64,000 bases of DNA. It comes from Chiloscyllium plagiosum (Eukaryota). Location: contig NC_057721.1 of NCBI RefSeq assembly GCF_004010195.1, forward strand, positions 79,324,286 to 79,388,285, written 5' to 3'. Under the pieces are notes generated by a model. It did no database searches and had not been told where the DNA came from. It saw nothing but the letters and a program-made list of their open reading frames with translations. Within the stretch, counting starts at the first letter, position 1. Each line of letters begins with the position of its first letter. Shown piece after piece: positions 24,201 to 36,450 of this stretch. The position numbers and the translations under genes were made by a program.

Positions 24201-25134
24201 TTCTGCTGCTGGTTTCTGATAAAAAAGAAAATGAAAAAAGAGAAAAAAAAATAAACTAGGGGCACAAAAATGTAAGCACTACCACAGTTAGAAAGTAGTA
24301 TGGGGTAGAAAAAAATATACACATATAACCAGGAGACTTAGAGTCTCAAAAAAAAAAGAAAAAAGTATATAACCGGGGATTTAGAACCTCCTCAGGTCAG
24401 GGGTTTACTCTGTGCTGGCTGGGTCATTGGCAGTGTGTGCCTGCTGCTGTTAGATTCTGGTTTTTGGGGGAAACAAAAAAATCCAGAGGCACAACTCATG
24501 GTCGAGGGACATAGGTTAATCCCAGCTTGGTAGCTGGTGAACTTAAATTCAATTAATGAATCAGGAATTTTAAAACTGTTCTCAGTGATGGTGACCATGA
24601 AAATATCATCAGTTAAAAATGTATCTGGTTCACTGAAGTCCTTTAGGGAAGGAAATCTGCCATTCTTATCCGATCTGTTCAAAATGTGACTCCAGACCCA
24701 CATCAATGCAGGTAACTCTTCACTGCCCTCTGGAGTGACCTAGCAAGCCATGCTGAGAGTATGCAGTAAATTCTGACCTGGGCAGTGATCCCCCATTTCC
24801 TCTGAAAGAACAAAGAAGAGGAGACAACGGACAGATGTTGTACACACTGATAACTTCTGAGACCCAGGAAGAAATCAGAGCCAAGTACAGTTGGTGCTGG
24901 ATACTCTGAGCAGGTCCAGCAGCATCTGTGGAGAGAAGTAAACAGAGTTAACATTTGATGTGAATGTTCCCTGGGGAAAAAAAAACATGAACATTTGTTG
25001 ATTCTTCCATTGGCTGTACCTGGAACACCCTCTTGTTTAACACTATTTATGCTTTTTTCTTTTGCAGGTATAGCTGGAAGAAAAAATGTCAGAGTCGAAA
25101 CCTTGGCAATTTTCTGGATGACTGTAAAATATAA
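8384..25134 (+). CDS. lyz: c-type lysozyme gene B, join(8384..8513,15099..15278,18311..18386,25068..25134), 150 aa
   Basis: Spliced ORF of 453 nt: [150 protein letters not shown]. Has 8 Cys, E35 and D52 equivalents, all GT-AG introns, and phases 1/1/2 as in vertebrate lysozyme c. The symbol is family-level; orthology is untested. Confidence 0.93.
8808..9140 (+). mobile_element. tRNA-derived HE1-like SINE
   Basis: ggcacggtggctcagtggttagcactgctgcctc A/B-box head and shared core. Confidence 0.85.
11025..11264. mobile_element. fold-back PLE family A element
   Basis: Inverted arms; 14-bp TSD atg(c/t)ttgtggaatg at 11011-11024 and 11265-11278. Confidence 0.8.
11084..11111 (-). ncRNA. minimal hammerhead ribozyme motif (PLE family A)
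   Basis: Reverse complement: CTGAAGA-A-GGGC ttat GCCC-GAAA-CG-TC. Confidence 0.65.
12625..13110 (-). mobile_element. CR1-like LINE 3' fragment nested in the Gypsy element
   Basis: [26 protein letters not shown]-terminus plus 3' UTR. Confidence 0.75.
13480..13780 (-). mobile_element. tRNA-derived HE1-like SINE
   Basis: Same family as 8808, reverse orientation. Confidence 0.85.
14768..15003 (+). repeat. 3' LTR of the Gypsy element
   Basis: Polypurine tract agagagagaggga at 14755-14767, then TG...CA ends; CCAAT, TATA-like motif and AATAAA (14954) inside. Confidence 0.7.
15099..15278 (+). CDS. lysozyme gene B exon 2 (catalytic exon)
   Basis: Acceptor cattttag; WICLVQYES...[15 protein letters not shown]...C...C; donor GTAAGC at 15279. 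Confidence 0.95.
17298..17768. repeat. solo LTR related to the LTR at 55213
   Basis: Starts tgttatggact...agacc.ctcaaaac, shares ...gaatgaaacacaaa with the 55213 LTR, and interrupts a LINE fragment. Confidence 0.6.
18311..18386 (+). CDS. lysozyme gene B exon 3
   Basis: Acceptor tttcttgtag; [26 protein letters not shown]; donor GTATGT. Confidence 0.93.
20605..21169 (+). mobile_element. PLE family A element with GIY-YIG C-terminal fragment
   Basis: [14 protein letters not shown]...[24 protein letters not shown]; inverted terminal arms; perfect 12-bp TSD tacgtatcatca (20593-20604 and 21170-21181). Confidence 0.85.
21044..21071 (+). ncRNA. minimal hammerhead ribozyme motif (PLE family A), sense in gene B intron 3
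   Basis: CTGAAGA-A-GGGC ttat GCCC-GAAA-CG-TC; GUC cleavage triplet; stem I only about 2 bp. Confidence 0.65.
21900..22208 (+). mobile_element. tRNA-derived HE1-like SINE
   Basis: Full head, core and tail. Confidence 0.85.
25068..25134 (+). CDS. lysozyme gene B exon 4
   Basis: Acceptor ttttcttttgcag; (W)[24 protein letters not shown] supplies the last two Cys. Confidence 0.92.
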
Positions 25135-25677
25135 TTCATGATATAGTCCACTCATTGGACCCAACACATCACATGTGCTGCATTAACAAGTTAGCTTGAA
25201 TTTGTTAAATGTCTAGTGAAGGTGTGATTGGTTAACCTGCATTTCTAGAGACGCTGCATACATAAGGTTATGTAAACACATTCAGTGCATTTGATTAGTG
25301 AGTGATTACACCACATTTTCATCAGTCACCTTGAAGAAACTAATTCAGTCCAGTAACAGAAATGCTTGCATCCCCGTAAGATAGGATCTACACTTGACAC
25401 CGCTTCAGTGTGGAGATGTAATTCCCAAACAAAATTGAGAAATTTAGGCCAGGAACATCTAAATATCAGCTATTCCAACCTTGCTGCATTAACAGTCTTG
25501 TTTTAGAGAGAGAGAGAGAGTGGGGGGCTAACTGATGTGATGAAAATGAACAAGTGTTAGTACTTTATGTTGCTAAGTTAGCGAGTCTGACGGTTTCCAT
25601 CCCTCCAGCTCTGTTCACCATTCAGTGATTACTAAAATTCCAAATGTGCATGCAAGCATGGGAATTTCCTGAAGGTG

Positions 25678-25882
25678 AAAATGTATTGCTGGAAAAGCCA
25701 GCAGGTCAGGCAGCATCCAAGGAACAGGAGAATCGACGTTTCGGGCATAAGCCCTTCTTCAGGCTTATGCCCGAAACGTCGATTCTCCTGTTCTTTGGAA
25801 GCTGCCTGACCTGCTGCGCTTTTCCAGCAACACATTTTCAGCTCTGATCTCCAGCATCTGCAGCCCTCACTTTCTCCTCGAA
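25678..25882. mobile_element. fold-back PLE family A element
   Basis: Near-perfect inverted arms; perfect 16-bp TSD gaatttcctgaaggtg (25662-25677 and 25883-25898); intact hammerhead core on the - strand at 25735-25762. Confidence 0.85.
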
Positions 25883-25950
25883 GAATTTCCTGAAGGTGTT
25901 TGCCTGTGTGACAGTCATACGTTGGCAGAAGTCTCAGATAAAATCAGGAA

Positions 25951-25956
25951 AATAAA
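25951..25956 (+). promoter_or_regulatory. candidate polyadenylation signal of gene B
   Basis: First canonical AATAAA I found after the stop at 25134. Confidence 0.35.
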
Positions 25957-26442
25957 CTTTCTGCCAGTTTTCAGGGAGAATTTCTCACCTGACCAGGGAT
26001 CCAGTGAGGTTTCCCACAGTCAGGTGTGCTGCTCAATCCCAGTGGATGTGCATTGTAAGCAAGCACAATGGTCACTTCTCCCCTCACATTCGAAAGCAGC
26101 CCATGCCTGTGAACTAACACAAGGTCACAATCTGGAAGACAGGAAAGGATAAAGTTGTTGAAAGGAGAAGAAGCAGCCTCCTTTTGGAAGTGTATTTAAA
26201 ACCCATCTTCATCTGATTCAGAATGAAGAACCAATTCTGTGCAGAAAGAGGTCATTCAGCCCATTGAGTCTGCATGACCCTCCAAAGAACATCCAGACCC
26301 AAGCACTTCAGTCCTCGTACCAATATAGCACAGAGAAGAGGTCACCGAGCGTGTAAAGGCTGTGGTAACATCATCTTGTTGGGGTAAAAATCAACTGCTG
26401 TGAGATTTTCAAGTTAATCAAACACCAATAGCTGAGAGCAAA

Positions 26443-26637
26443 AAGTGAGGACTGCAAATGTTGGAAATCAGAGTCAAGAGTGAGGTGCTGGAAAAGCACA
26501 GCAGGTCACGCAGCATCCGAGGAGCAGGAAAATCGACATCACATTCTTGATGAAGAGCTTCTGCCCGAAATGTCGATTCTCCTGCTCCTCGAATGCTGCC
26601 TGACCCGATGTGCTTTTCCAGCACCACACTCTCGAAG
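26443..26637. mobile_element. fold-back PLE family A element (older)
   Basis: Inverted arms; TSD ccaatagctgaga(a)gcaaa. Confidence 0.75.
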
Positions 26638-27194
26638 CCAATAGCTGAGAAGCAAATGAAGGTGTAGTACATGTTTGTGTAGGACTGGCAGAATAAATGT
26701 GACCTGGTCGACAGAATGGTTGCATTGAAGATAGGAGCAGGAGTAGGCTATTCAGCCCCTCGAGCCTGTATCACCATTCCATGTGATCATGGCTGATCAT
26801 CTGACTCTGCAGCCTGTTCCTGCTTTCTCCACATTGTCTTCCATTAAAGGCCTGAAGCTTACATTGAATTTCCTTCAAGATGATGACATGGACACTGGAT
26901 CTTGTTATAGTGAGAGACTGCTGTGGTAACCATCAACATACCTCAGGCTTGTACTAATGTTTATAATGCACGTAGTCATGCAGTAGACAGTGAATCTAAG
27001 AATAATTTCTGCTCTTTAACATTATTGTGTATTCACTTCAAAAACCACAAGCAGCCAATAAAGAAAAACACAAATGTCAGACCTTGAGCTTTTCATTCCT
27101 CTGAGATGACTAATTGTTATGTTCTCCCAATCACTGATGCTCGTACAATTAGCAATGGCACTTTTTACTGTTGTTGGATCACCAAACCATGGAG

Positions 27195-27560
27195 GGGAAA
27201 GGAGGGACTGCAGATGCTGGAGATCAGAGTCGAAAAGTGTGGCGCTGAAAAAGCACAGCCGGTCAGGCAGCATCTGAGGAGCAGGAGACTCGGGGGCATA
27301 AGACATTCATCAGGAATGTGCCAGTGGAAGGGGGAATGAGAGATAAATGGGGGTTGTTGTGGGGCTGGTGTGGGACTGGGGAGAAGGTAGCTGGGAAGGC
27401 AGTAGGTGGATGCAAGTGGCTGGCAATCGTGATGGGTCGGTGGAGAGGGTGGAGCAGATAGGTGTGAAGGAAGATGAGGTAGGAGAGGTCAAGTCTCTCC
27501 TGCTCCTCAGATGCTGCCTGACCTGCTGTGCTTTTCCAGCAGCACACTTGTCGACTTTCA
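27195..27560 (-). mobile_element. PLE family A element
   Basis: Same terminal repeat and purine-rich body as 10495-10960, 39000-39285 and 62040-62400. Confidence 0.7.
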
Positions 27561-27771
27561 CTACACTGTGTTACAAGATTCATCATAGTTACAACACAGA
27601 AGCTGGCCTTTTGTCATACCTCGTGTTTGAGGGTACGTAAACTCCATGTGAGCCTCGTCCTACCTTTATTTCTTCCTCTCTCCCAATGTGTTTATTGTGG
27701 TTTCTTTTAAGTAGATCGATGCTCATCTCGTCTGCTTCATGTATGATCACAAGAAATTGGTACAGCCCTTC

Positions 27772-28070
27772 AGCTGCACAGTGGCTCAGTGGTTAGCACT
27801 GCTACCTCACAGCACCAGGGACCTGGGTTTGATTCCAGCCACGGGCAACTGTCTGTGTGGAGTTTGCAAATTCTCCTTGTGTCTGCGTGGATTTCATCCC
27901 ACAATCCAAAGATATGCAGGTCAGGTGAATTGGCCATGCTAAATTGCCCATAGTGTCAGAGGTGAATATGGGATAGGGGAATGGGTCTGGGTGAGTTACT
28001 CTTCGCAGGGTCGGTGTGAACTTGTTGGGCCGAAGGGCCTGTGTCCATAGTGTAGGAAATCTAATCTAAT
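27772..28070 (+). mobile_element. tRNA-derived HE1-like SINE
   Basis: Head, core and atcta-repeat tail. Confidence 0.85.
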
Positions 28071-30849
28071 TGTGCCTGCCTTATTATGTGCAAGGGATAG
28101 ATACAACAGAGGCTGACAAATTGTTTCCGCTGGTGGTTGAGACTAGGACTAAGGGATATGGCCTCATGATTAGAGGGAGTAGACTTAGGACAGAGATGAA
28201 GAGGAACTGCTTTACCCAGAGATTATTGAATCTATGAAATTCTCTGCCCAAGAATGCAGAAAAAAACTTCATTAAATATATACATGACACAGTTGAATGG
28301 GTTTTGCAATGGTAGGGGAATTAAGGATTATGGGGATAATGCAGGTAGGAGGAGCTGAGATGATGGATAGATCAGCCATGATCTTAATGAATCGTGGAGC
28401 AGGCTGGACGGGCCAAATAGCCTACTTCTGCTTCTATTACTATGAAACTAATAAACAATCACCTTCTGGTGGTCTCAACTCCATACTCCCGCCAGCCTGC
28501 TATCACCCTCAGCACAGTGCTGATCAAAAATCTATCCAGCTCAGCTTTGGAACGATTCCATGATTCAGCGTCCACTGCTCAATGCGTGGAAAAGAATAGC
28601 AAACATTGAATCACTAGAAGAAATTCCTCCGCATCTGCACTTTGATTGGAAGATGTCTTATTATAAAACTGTGCACCTAGTTCTGATTCCTGTACATTAG
28701 GTAGTATCTTCACATCCAGCCCTCTCAGAATCTTACATGTTTCAATAAGATCACGTTAATTTTCCAAACTTCGATGAGTATTGGTCTAAACTGCACAACA
28801 TTTCCTCACAACGCAAGACCTTCATTCCAGGAGTCAGCCTGGGTGACCTTCTCTTATCCACCTCCAGCACTTTAAGGAGCGGTGAGTGGTGTAATGGCAA
28901 AATCAATGGACTAGGAGTCCTGAGCCTCTTAGCTAAAGGTCTGGAAATATGCTCCAAATTCCAAAATGGGGCAAATGTTAAAATTTCAATTCAATAAAAA
29001 TTTGGAATTAAAAACCAGTCTTGTCATGACCAGATAACCATCATTAAAAATCTATCTTGTTCACTTATGCAATTTAAGGAAGAAAAGATGTTTTTGTTAT
29101 CTGGTTTCGCCTCCACGTGACTCCAGACCCAAAACAATGTAATTGTACTCTTAATTGCCCTTTGGCATGGTCCTGGCAAGGCTTAACTGCCCTCTGATAA
29201 TACAATATAGGTTAACATTCTACTTGTCTACCTGCTGCACCTACATGGTAAACTTTGTACAATTCATGTCGAAAACACCAAGATCTACCTGTCCAGAAGC
29301 ATTGCCTGGTTTCAGCTAAAGAAAAGTCATATTGGACTCGATATGTTAACTCTCTTTCTCTCTCCACAGGTGCGGCCAGACCTGTTGAGTTTTTCCAGCA
29401 TTCTCTTTCAGATTTCCAGCATGCACACTATTTTGCTTTATTTCTTTGCTTTCATCCCTTTATATAATATCTGCTTCTGCATTCTTCCTGACAAAATGTA
29501 TGATAGTTTTGATTCCTTCTGTAAGGAACTGCCTTTCTCTTGGCTTCCACCTCAAATACTTTCACAATCTGTTACCCCTCAATTCTTCCTTCTGAAATGA
29601 AAAGAGCCCTCATTTGGCAAATGCTGGTAAGGTAAAAGTAACTCACTTACACTTCAAAATGGTGTTATCAAATCCTCAAGATAGCCCACGGGTCTCCAAA
29701 AATTAAAACTTAGTCTCCAGGATGATGCAGTAGGAGATTCAAGATGAAATATCCTGTGTTTTTCTTTGCAGGAATGTATGATTTCTTATTGATAAAAATA
29801 TCAGAGACAAAGGGCAAAAAACAGAAATAGAAGTTAGCGATAGGAGTGTCATATAACAGAATTTTCAAGACTTTTAAGTTAGAATTGGCAATTATTAAAA
29901 TCTTGTATATCTTCTGCTCCAGCCTAAAATATGGAGATGAGAAAGTGTCAATATTCACGATAAGTCAACAAATATTCACAGGTAAGATTTTACATCTAAC
30001 ATTTTGAACTCAAAAATTTACAAAGTTTCTAAAATTTTAATAAATTGATGGGTGGGGCTGATAGTCAATTCCAAGATGGAGTGAAGCAAATTACAGGAAG
30101 GTGTTAATGACCCACAATTCGTTAACAAATAAAGTTCAGCACAGGTATATCTGTGACAGTGCCTTCTGGAAAGAAGTGTACAGAGGTTGATTATTAACTG
30201 GGAAGTGCAAGTCTTGGTGGGTTTGAGGACATCTGAGTACAAATACATCAACACTTAAAAGTTGTGTCACAGGTTAGAAATGCCATTTAAAAAAAACCCA
30301 AAGCATTTAGTTCATTTCTTGAGAGACCAAATTATAAAGCAGGAAAGTTATGCTAAAATATATTGAACATTAGAATACACATTATTCTGCTATAATGCCC
30401 ATTTCATCAATGTAAATTCATTGCAATGCTATTGACAAATTAGGGACATTGTTTCTAAAGTGCAGACTTTTAAAACATGTGTTTGCTGTAACGCAATTGT
30501 AGCGTCAACACTTTAAGTGCCGCTAGTAACATGCGATTCTTCTGTAATGCGGGCTTGCACAAGAACACAGTCATCGTTTTATAGAAGAATGGCTGCATTA
30601 GAATATTAGCTGGGCCACACTTAGAGAACTGCATGCAATTCCAATCTCCACAGTATATGAAGGATATAGACGCACTGGGAGCACGCAGAGAAGGTTTCAA
30701 AGGTTGTTACTTTCAAATATTGACAGTCTGGATGTCTCCACTCTTGAAAAGAGAAGACTGCGATCTGACACAATGGAGATTTTATAATTGTGAAAGGTTT
30801 TGAGTGGGGGCAGACAGAGTTTCCTCTTGCATTGTTGGTGGCAATCAAC

Positions 30850-31330
30850 ATCGCCTGATATCCCAAAGCCTGTCCACCATCTACCAGGCACAAGTCAGCA
30901 GTGTGCTGGTATACTCCCATTTGCCTGGATGGGTGCATCTCCAACAACACTCTAGAAATTTAACACCATCCAGGACAAAGCAGCCTGCTTGATTGGCACC
31001 ACATCCACAAGCATCCATTCCCTCCACAACTGATGCTCAGGAGCAGCAGTGTGTACTATCTACGAGATGCACTGCAGGAATTCACCAAAGTTCCTTAGAT
31101 GGCATCTTCCAAATACATGACCACTTCCATCCAGAAGGACAAGGATACCATCCCTGACAAGTTCCCCTCCAATTCACTCCCCATCCTGACTTGGAAATAT
31201 ATTCCGTTTCTTCAGTGTTACTGAATCAAAATCCTGAAATTCCCTCCCAAATGGCATTATACACAGATAGCAAGAAGTCAACTCAATAAAGACAATTAGG
31301 GATGGGCATTAAGTGATGGCAACATGCAAA
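30850..31330 (+). mobile_element. LINE (L2/CR1-group) 3' fragment
   Basis: Same family as 6950-7200(-), 33340-34130(+), 45420-45680(+) and 51050-51380(+); MEYS...W......[10 protein letters not shown] motif. Confidence 0.65.
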
Positions 31331-31596
31331 TAAAAAAAAATTAGTCACCAAGAAATCCAATATGGATTCCTCAATTATTCGGCAAGAAGTGGTTGAACTG
31401 AATAATATAGATGCACCTTATGAGAAACTAAATAACAAATGATGGGGAAGGAAATTATTAGTCACATGGTAGATTTAGATAAGGAGAAATGCGAGACAGT
31501 TTAAGTAGAATACAAACAACCATGGACTGGTTGGGCAGAACAGATTCTTTTAATGTTGTAAGTCCTGTTCAATCATAAGTAATCCACGTATAGAGG

Positions 31597-31905
31597 GCGG
31601 CACGGTGACTCAGTGGTTAACACTGCTGCCTCACAGCATCAAAGACCCGGGTTCAATTCCAGCCTTGGGCAACTGTCTGTGTGGAGTTTGCACACTCTCC
31701 CCGTGTCTGCGTGGGTTTCCTCCAGGTGCTCTGGTTTCCTCCCACAGTCCAAAGATGTGCAGGTTAGGTGAATTGGCTTTCCTAATTGCCTGTAGTGTTA
31801 GGTGCATTAGTCAGGGGTAAACGTAAGGGAATGGGCCTGGGTGGGTTGCTCGTCAGAGGACTTGTTGGGCTGAAGGGCCTGTTTCCACACTGTAGGAAAT
31901 CTAAT
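31597..31905 (+). mobile_element. tRNA-derived HE1-like SINE
   Basis: Head, core and tail. Confidence 0.85.
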
Positions 31906-32109
31906 CTACTTAAAAGTTGCCACAGTGGAAGAGAGCAATTGTTTTCGAAAGTACCTTGAAGCATTTATTTAATTGTTATTTTTCCAAGCACACAGTCAAC
32001 CAAGAGAAAACTGCAGATGCTGGAATTCTGAAATGAACTCAGACCACACTGGTTAAAACTCAGCAAGTCCAACAGCATTTCTGGAGAGAAAAGCAAAATT
32101 AATGACCTG

Positions 32110-32947
32110 AAGTTTGGTAGAGTTGTGGATAATGAGGAAGGTTGTCAAAGAATACAGCAGGATATAAATCAGTTGGAAAGTTGAACGGACAAATGACAAA
32201 TGAAGTTGAATCTGGACAAGTGTAACGTGATGCATTTTGGAAGATCAAATGCAAGAGGAAAGATTACAGTAAATGGAAGAACCCTTAGGAGCATTTAAAT
32301 ACAGAGGGAAGTTGGGATACAAGTCCATAGGTCCCTGAAAGTGGCAACGCAAGTGTATAATGTGGTAAAGAAGGCGTATCGCATATTACCTTTGTTGATT
32401 GGGAGGTAATGTTAAAGTTATATAAAATGTAATTATGTCACAATTGGGTATTGTGTGCTCAGCACACTATAGGAAGGAGGTAGATGCTTTGAGAAAGTTC
32501 AAAAGGGGTTTACCAGGACATTGCCTGGATTGAAGTGTATTAGCTGCAAGGAAAAGTTGGACAAACTTGGATTGGTTTCACTAGAGTGTCAGAGGTTGAG
32601 GGGTGACCTGATAGAAGTATATAAAATGATGAGAGACATGGATAGACTGGAAAAGTCAAATGTGAGGAAACATAGGTTTGACGTGAGACGGGGTAAGTAT
32701 AAAGCAGCTGCCCAATGCAAGTTTTTTACACAGAGGGTGGTGGATGCCTGGAACACGCTGCTAGAGGAGGTATTAGAAGCAGATAAGATAGCAACATTTT
32801 ATACAATGTATGAACAAGCAGGAAATAGCGGGATATGAACCCATGTGCAGGAAGATGGGATTAGTTTTGAATGGCATCATTTTCAGTACAGGCTTGGAGG
32901 GCTGAAGGGGCTGTTCCTGTGCTGTACTGTTCTATGTTTTATGTTCT
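32110..32947 (+). mobile_element. CR1-like LINE 3' fragment
   Basis: [13 protein letters not shown]...FFTQRVV..WN.L; ctatgtt tail. Confidence 0.8.
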
Positions 32948-33339
32948 TAATTTTTAAAGTCCAATGACCCTTCTTCAGAACCTGTGAAAAGTAGGTTCAT
33001 TTCCAAACCTGTTCTTTTCTCAGAGGCTTGTAACTAAATATGGAGGGGATAGAAAGTTAAGAGTCATCAACAAATATTAAAAGGGTAGCAACATTGACAG
33101 GATGTAATGAGGAACAAAATTCGGATCTATGCAAGTTGGCAGAGGGAGCAGACAGGAGAGGAGGACTTTGCATCTGCCTTTCCTGATGAGGAAAACGATG
33201 CCAAAGTCATACTGTAGGGAGAGACAGTAAGATAGGCTAAAGATTTACCCAAAAGAAAGATTTGATTGGCTGTATTTGTTACTCACAATTGGTTCACGTG
33301 TTTGTCTACAAACAGCAATTCCTTCCAAAGATCTGACCA

Positions 33340-34130
33340 ATATCCAGGTTTAGGTTCATAAGCAGCAAGCAACATTCATGCCACACAAGTGCCAGGAACT
33401 GACCACCTTCACCAAGAGAAAATCGATCTATCTCCTTTTGACATTCATGGCATCCTTATCATTAAATTGACATCCTCATTGTTCATATTGATCAGAAACT
33501 GAATTGGACTGGCTTTGTAATTCCTATGGCTACAAAAACATTTTTGAAACTAAGAATCCTGCAATTAGTTATCCCTCTATTGGTGCTCAAAGCCTGCCCA
33601 ACATCTACAAGTCAGGACTGCGATAGAATGCTTCCCACTTACTTCAATAAAAGTAGTTTCAACAATATTCAAAAAGCTTGATTCGACCCAGGCCAAAGCA
33701 GGCTATTTATAGGCAAACTATCGACCATGAGCACCATTCATTCCCTCAACAAGCAGCACACAGGAGCATCAGTGTGTACCATCTCACAAGTTCACTGCAG
33801 AAATTCATCAAAGCTCTTTAGACAGCACCTTCCAAACCCATGACCATTTCCATCGAAAAGACAAGGGCAGTAGGTACACACGATCACCACTGCTCACAAG
33901 TTCCCCTCCAAGCTATTCATCATACTGGTTTGGAAATATATCGCTGTTCCTTCAGTGTCGCTGAGACAAAATCTTGAACTCCCTCCTTAACGACACTGTT
34001 GATGTCATTAAACATCTTGACTGCAATGATTCAAGAAAGCACTTCACCACCAACTTGTCAAAGGCATTTGGAGATGGACAACAAATGCTGGTCGAGAGCT
34101 GACGATGCCGTCATCCCATGAATGAATCTA
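33340..34130 (+). mobile_element. LINE (L2/CR1-group) 3' fragment
   Basis: Degenerate RT C-terminus; (tgaa)n tail at about 34120. Confidence 0.6.
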
Positions 34131-35693
34131 AATGGATTTGTGTAGTAACTACTGCCCAGCAAAGAGGATGCACCTGCATTACTTATCACATACTAACTAC
34201 TGGTTAGCAACATGCTGCGCTATTGTAATATTTAAACAATGAGGTGTTAGGGTGAGAATACAATATTCTATCCTGAGCAGGAAATTGAGTTAATTACTGG
34301 CCAGAGTCAAGAAACAATGATATACAACAGGTCTTCAATTTAAGAAAGTCCTCGAATTTATGAACGTGATCCTCTCCAGGCATATTTTAATTGTAATTTT
34401 AAACATCCGACATACAGACTTCTCCTCATACTTATGAACGGCTATTTTATCTTGTCCTGCATTGTGCTCTGACTTGTGGATAAATTGAATTGCGAACAGA
34501 CTTCAGGACAGAATCTGTTCACAACCCGGGAGTTGACTGTAGTTCCAATCAGGATGATAAGTGGCTTGGAGGGGAACTTGCAAATGGTGCTAAACATTCG
34601 CAATAGTGGTGAATCCTTCCACTTCTAACTTTATGATGGAAAGAAAGTCATTGATGAAGCAGTCAAAGATGATAGTGCCCAGGACATCATCCTGATGAAT
34701 GCTTGGAGAGATGACTTGGGACTGGGATGATTGACCTATAACCTTACAGCCATCTTCCATTATTCCAGATAAGACTCCAGCCAATAGAGATTTTGCCCCC
34801 TGATTCCCTTCCAGTGTTTTTGCAGAGATTCTTGATGCCACACTCAGCCAAATGCACTCGGATATCACAGGCAGTCACTTTCACCTCCTGTTATTCATAT
34901 TTGAACCAAGGCTATAATGAGGCCCAGAATTGAGTGACTTTGGTGGATCCCAAAGTGAGCATCATGAGCAGATCATTGCTGTGTAGATGCCTCTTCCATC
35001 ACTACCCTGGTCATCGAGAGTAGACTGATGAGGTAGAAATCAGCTGAACAGGATTGGTCCTGCTTTTTGTATCCAGATCACATGCAGGCATTTTTCCATG
35101 TTTTTGAGTGAATGTCAGGTCTTTCTAATTTACTTGTTACATTTCTGATGCTACTTGAGTTTAAATGTGAAAATCGTAATTGCAAAACCATCCCTGTGTT
35201 GTACTTTGGTGTGGAAACTGTTTTTTGCTGGCCTGCTTGTTTTTCAGCCAGTTTGGTCAGTCATGATATTGCTCTCGCCTAGCTTGGCCCCTTGTCTTGG
35301 GTGGCCCCTAGCCTGCTAGAACATTCTGTTTTTCCCACATAACTCATGAACTGTTTATCTGCTATCTGCTGTGCAAAAGTGCAACCCAGTCAGATGCTAT
35401 CAATGGGCGAATATAGTATCTAGAGTGTGCATTGACTCAAAGTCTGAGAATGATACCTCGTTATATGCAATATTTGGCAAGGCCGGCCTCTGGACTCTGC
35501 TCATATATGCCATCTAGTGACTATCTTGTGGTTTTGTGTCTGTTTGAGTAACTGTCAGCGCAGCATCTGTGGCGACCTGGAACACTTTGGAGAACCACCA
35601 GACTGTACTAAGGAAACGTGTGCTCCCCATGATATCATGCAATAAAGTTTGTCAATGCTCAAGGTCTGAGTCTGGAGAATTTCTTCAACGTTT

Positions 35694-36450
35694 TGGAGAA
35701 GATTTGTAGCTCGGGTGCTCGTTGTTGTGGTTCTGTTCGCCGAGCTGGTAATTTGTGTTGTAGACGTTTCGTCCCCTGTCTAGGTGTCATCCTCAGTGCT
35801 TGGGAGCTTCCTGTGAAGCGCTTCTGTGATGTTTCCTCCGGCATTTGTAGTGGTTTGTTTCTGCCGTTTCCGGTTGTCAGTTCCAGCTGTCCGCTGCAGT
35901 GGTCGGTGTATTGGGTCCAGGTCGATGTGCTTATTGATTGAATCTGTGGATGAGTGCCATGCCTCTAGGAATTCCCTGGCTGTTCTCTGTTTGGCTTGTC
36001 CTATAATAGTAGTGTTGTCCCAGTCGAATTCATGTTGCTTATCATCTGAGTGTGTGGCTACTAAGGATAGCTGGTCATGTTGTTTTGTGGCTAGTTGGTG
36101 TCCAGCTATCCTTAGTAGCCACACACTCAGATGACAAGCAACATGAGTCCGACTGGGACAACACTACTATTATAGGACAAGCCAAACAGAACAGCCAGGG
36201 AATTCCTAGAGACATGGCATTCATCCATAGATTCAATCAATAAGCACATCGACCTGGACCCAATATATCGGCCACTGCAGCGGACAGCTGGAACTAACAA
36301 CCGGAAGCGGCAGATACAAATCACTATAAATGCCGGAGGAAACGTCACAGAAGTGCTTCACAGGAGGCTCCCAAGCACTGAGGATGTCACCTAGACAGGG
36401 GACAAAATGTCTGCAACACAAATTCCCAGCGCGGCGAGCAGAACCACAAC
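35694..36450. mobile_element. fold-back Penelope-like element (family C)
   Basis: Inverted arms of about 350 bp encoding a GIY-YIG C-terminus (H...KQHEFDWDNTTIIGQAKQRTAREFLEAWHS...IN); 16-bp TSD aatttcttcaa(c/t)gttt at 35678-35693 and 36451-36466. Confidence 0.85.
35760..35799 (-). ncRNA. hammerhead ribozyme motif (PLE family C)
   Basis: Reverse complement: GCA-CTGAGGA-T-GACACCT agac AGGGGAC-GAAA-CG-TC-TAC. Sister copy at 36375-36414(+). The consensus of the two copies restores stems I and II. Confidence 0.6.

Larger units (their letters stand above)
20540..24490. repeat. unclassified composite inverted repeat
   Basis: 20540-21490 is the reverse complement of about 23310-23650, and 22720-22960 of modules in 24050-24490; contains internal tandem subrepeats. 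Confidence 0.7.

Noticed and set aside
29761-29800. Strong-looking acceptor tttctttgcag as an exon of a fourth lysozyme gene
   Set aside because: The downstream sequence shows no lysozyme motifs and hits stop codons quickly.
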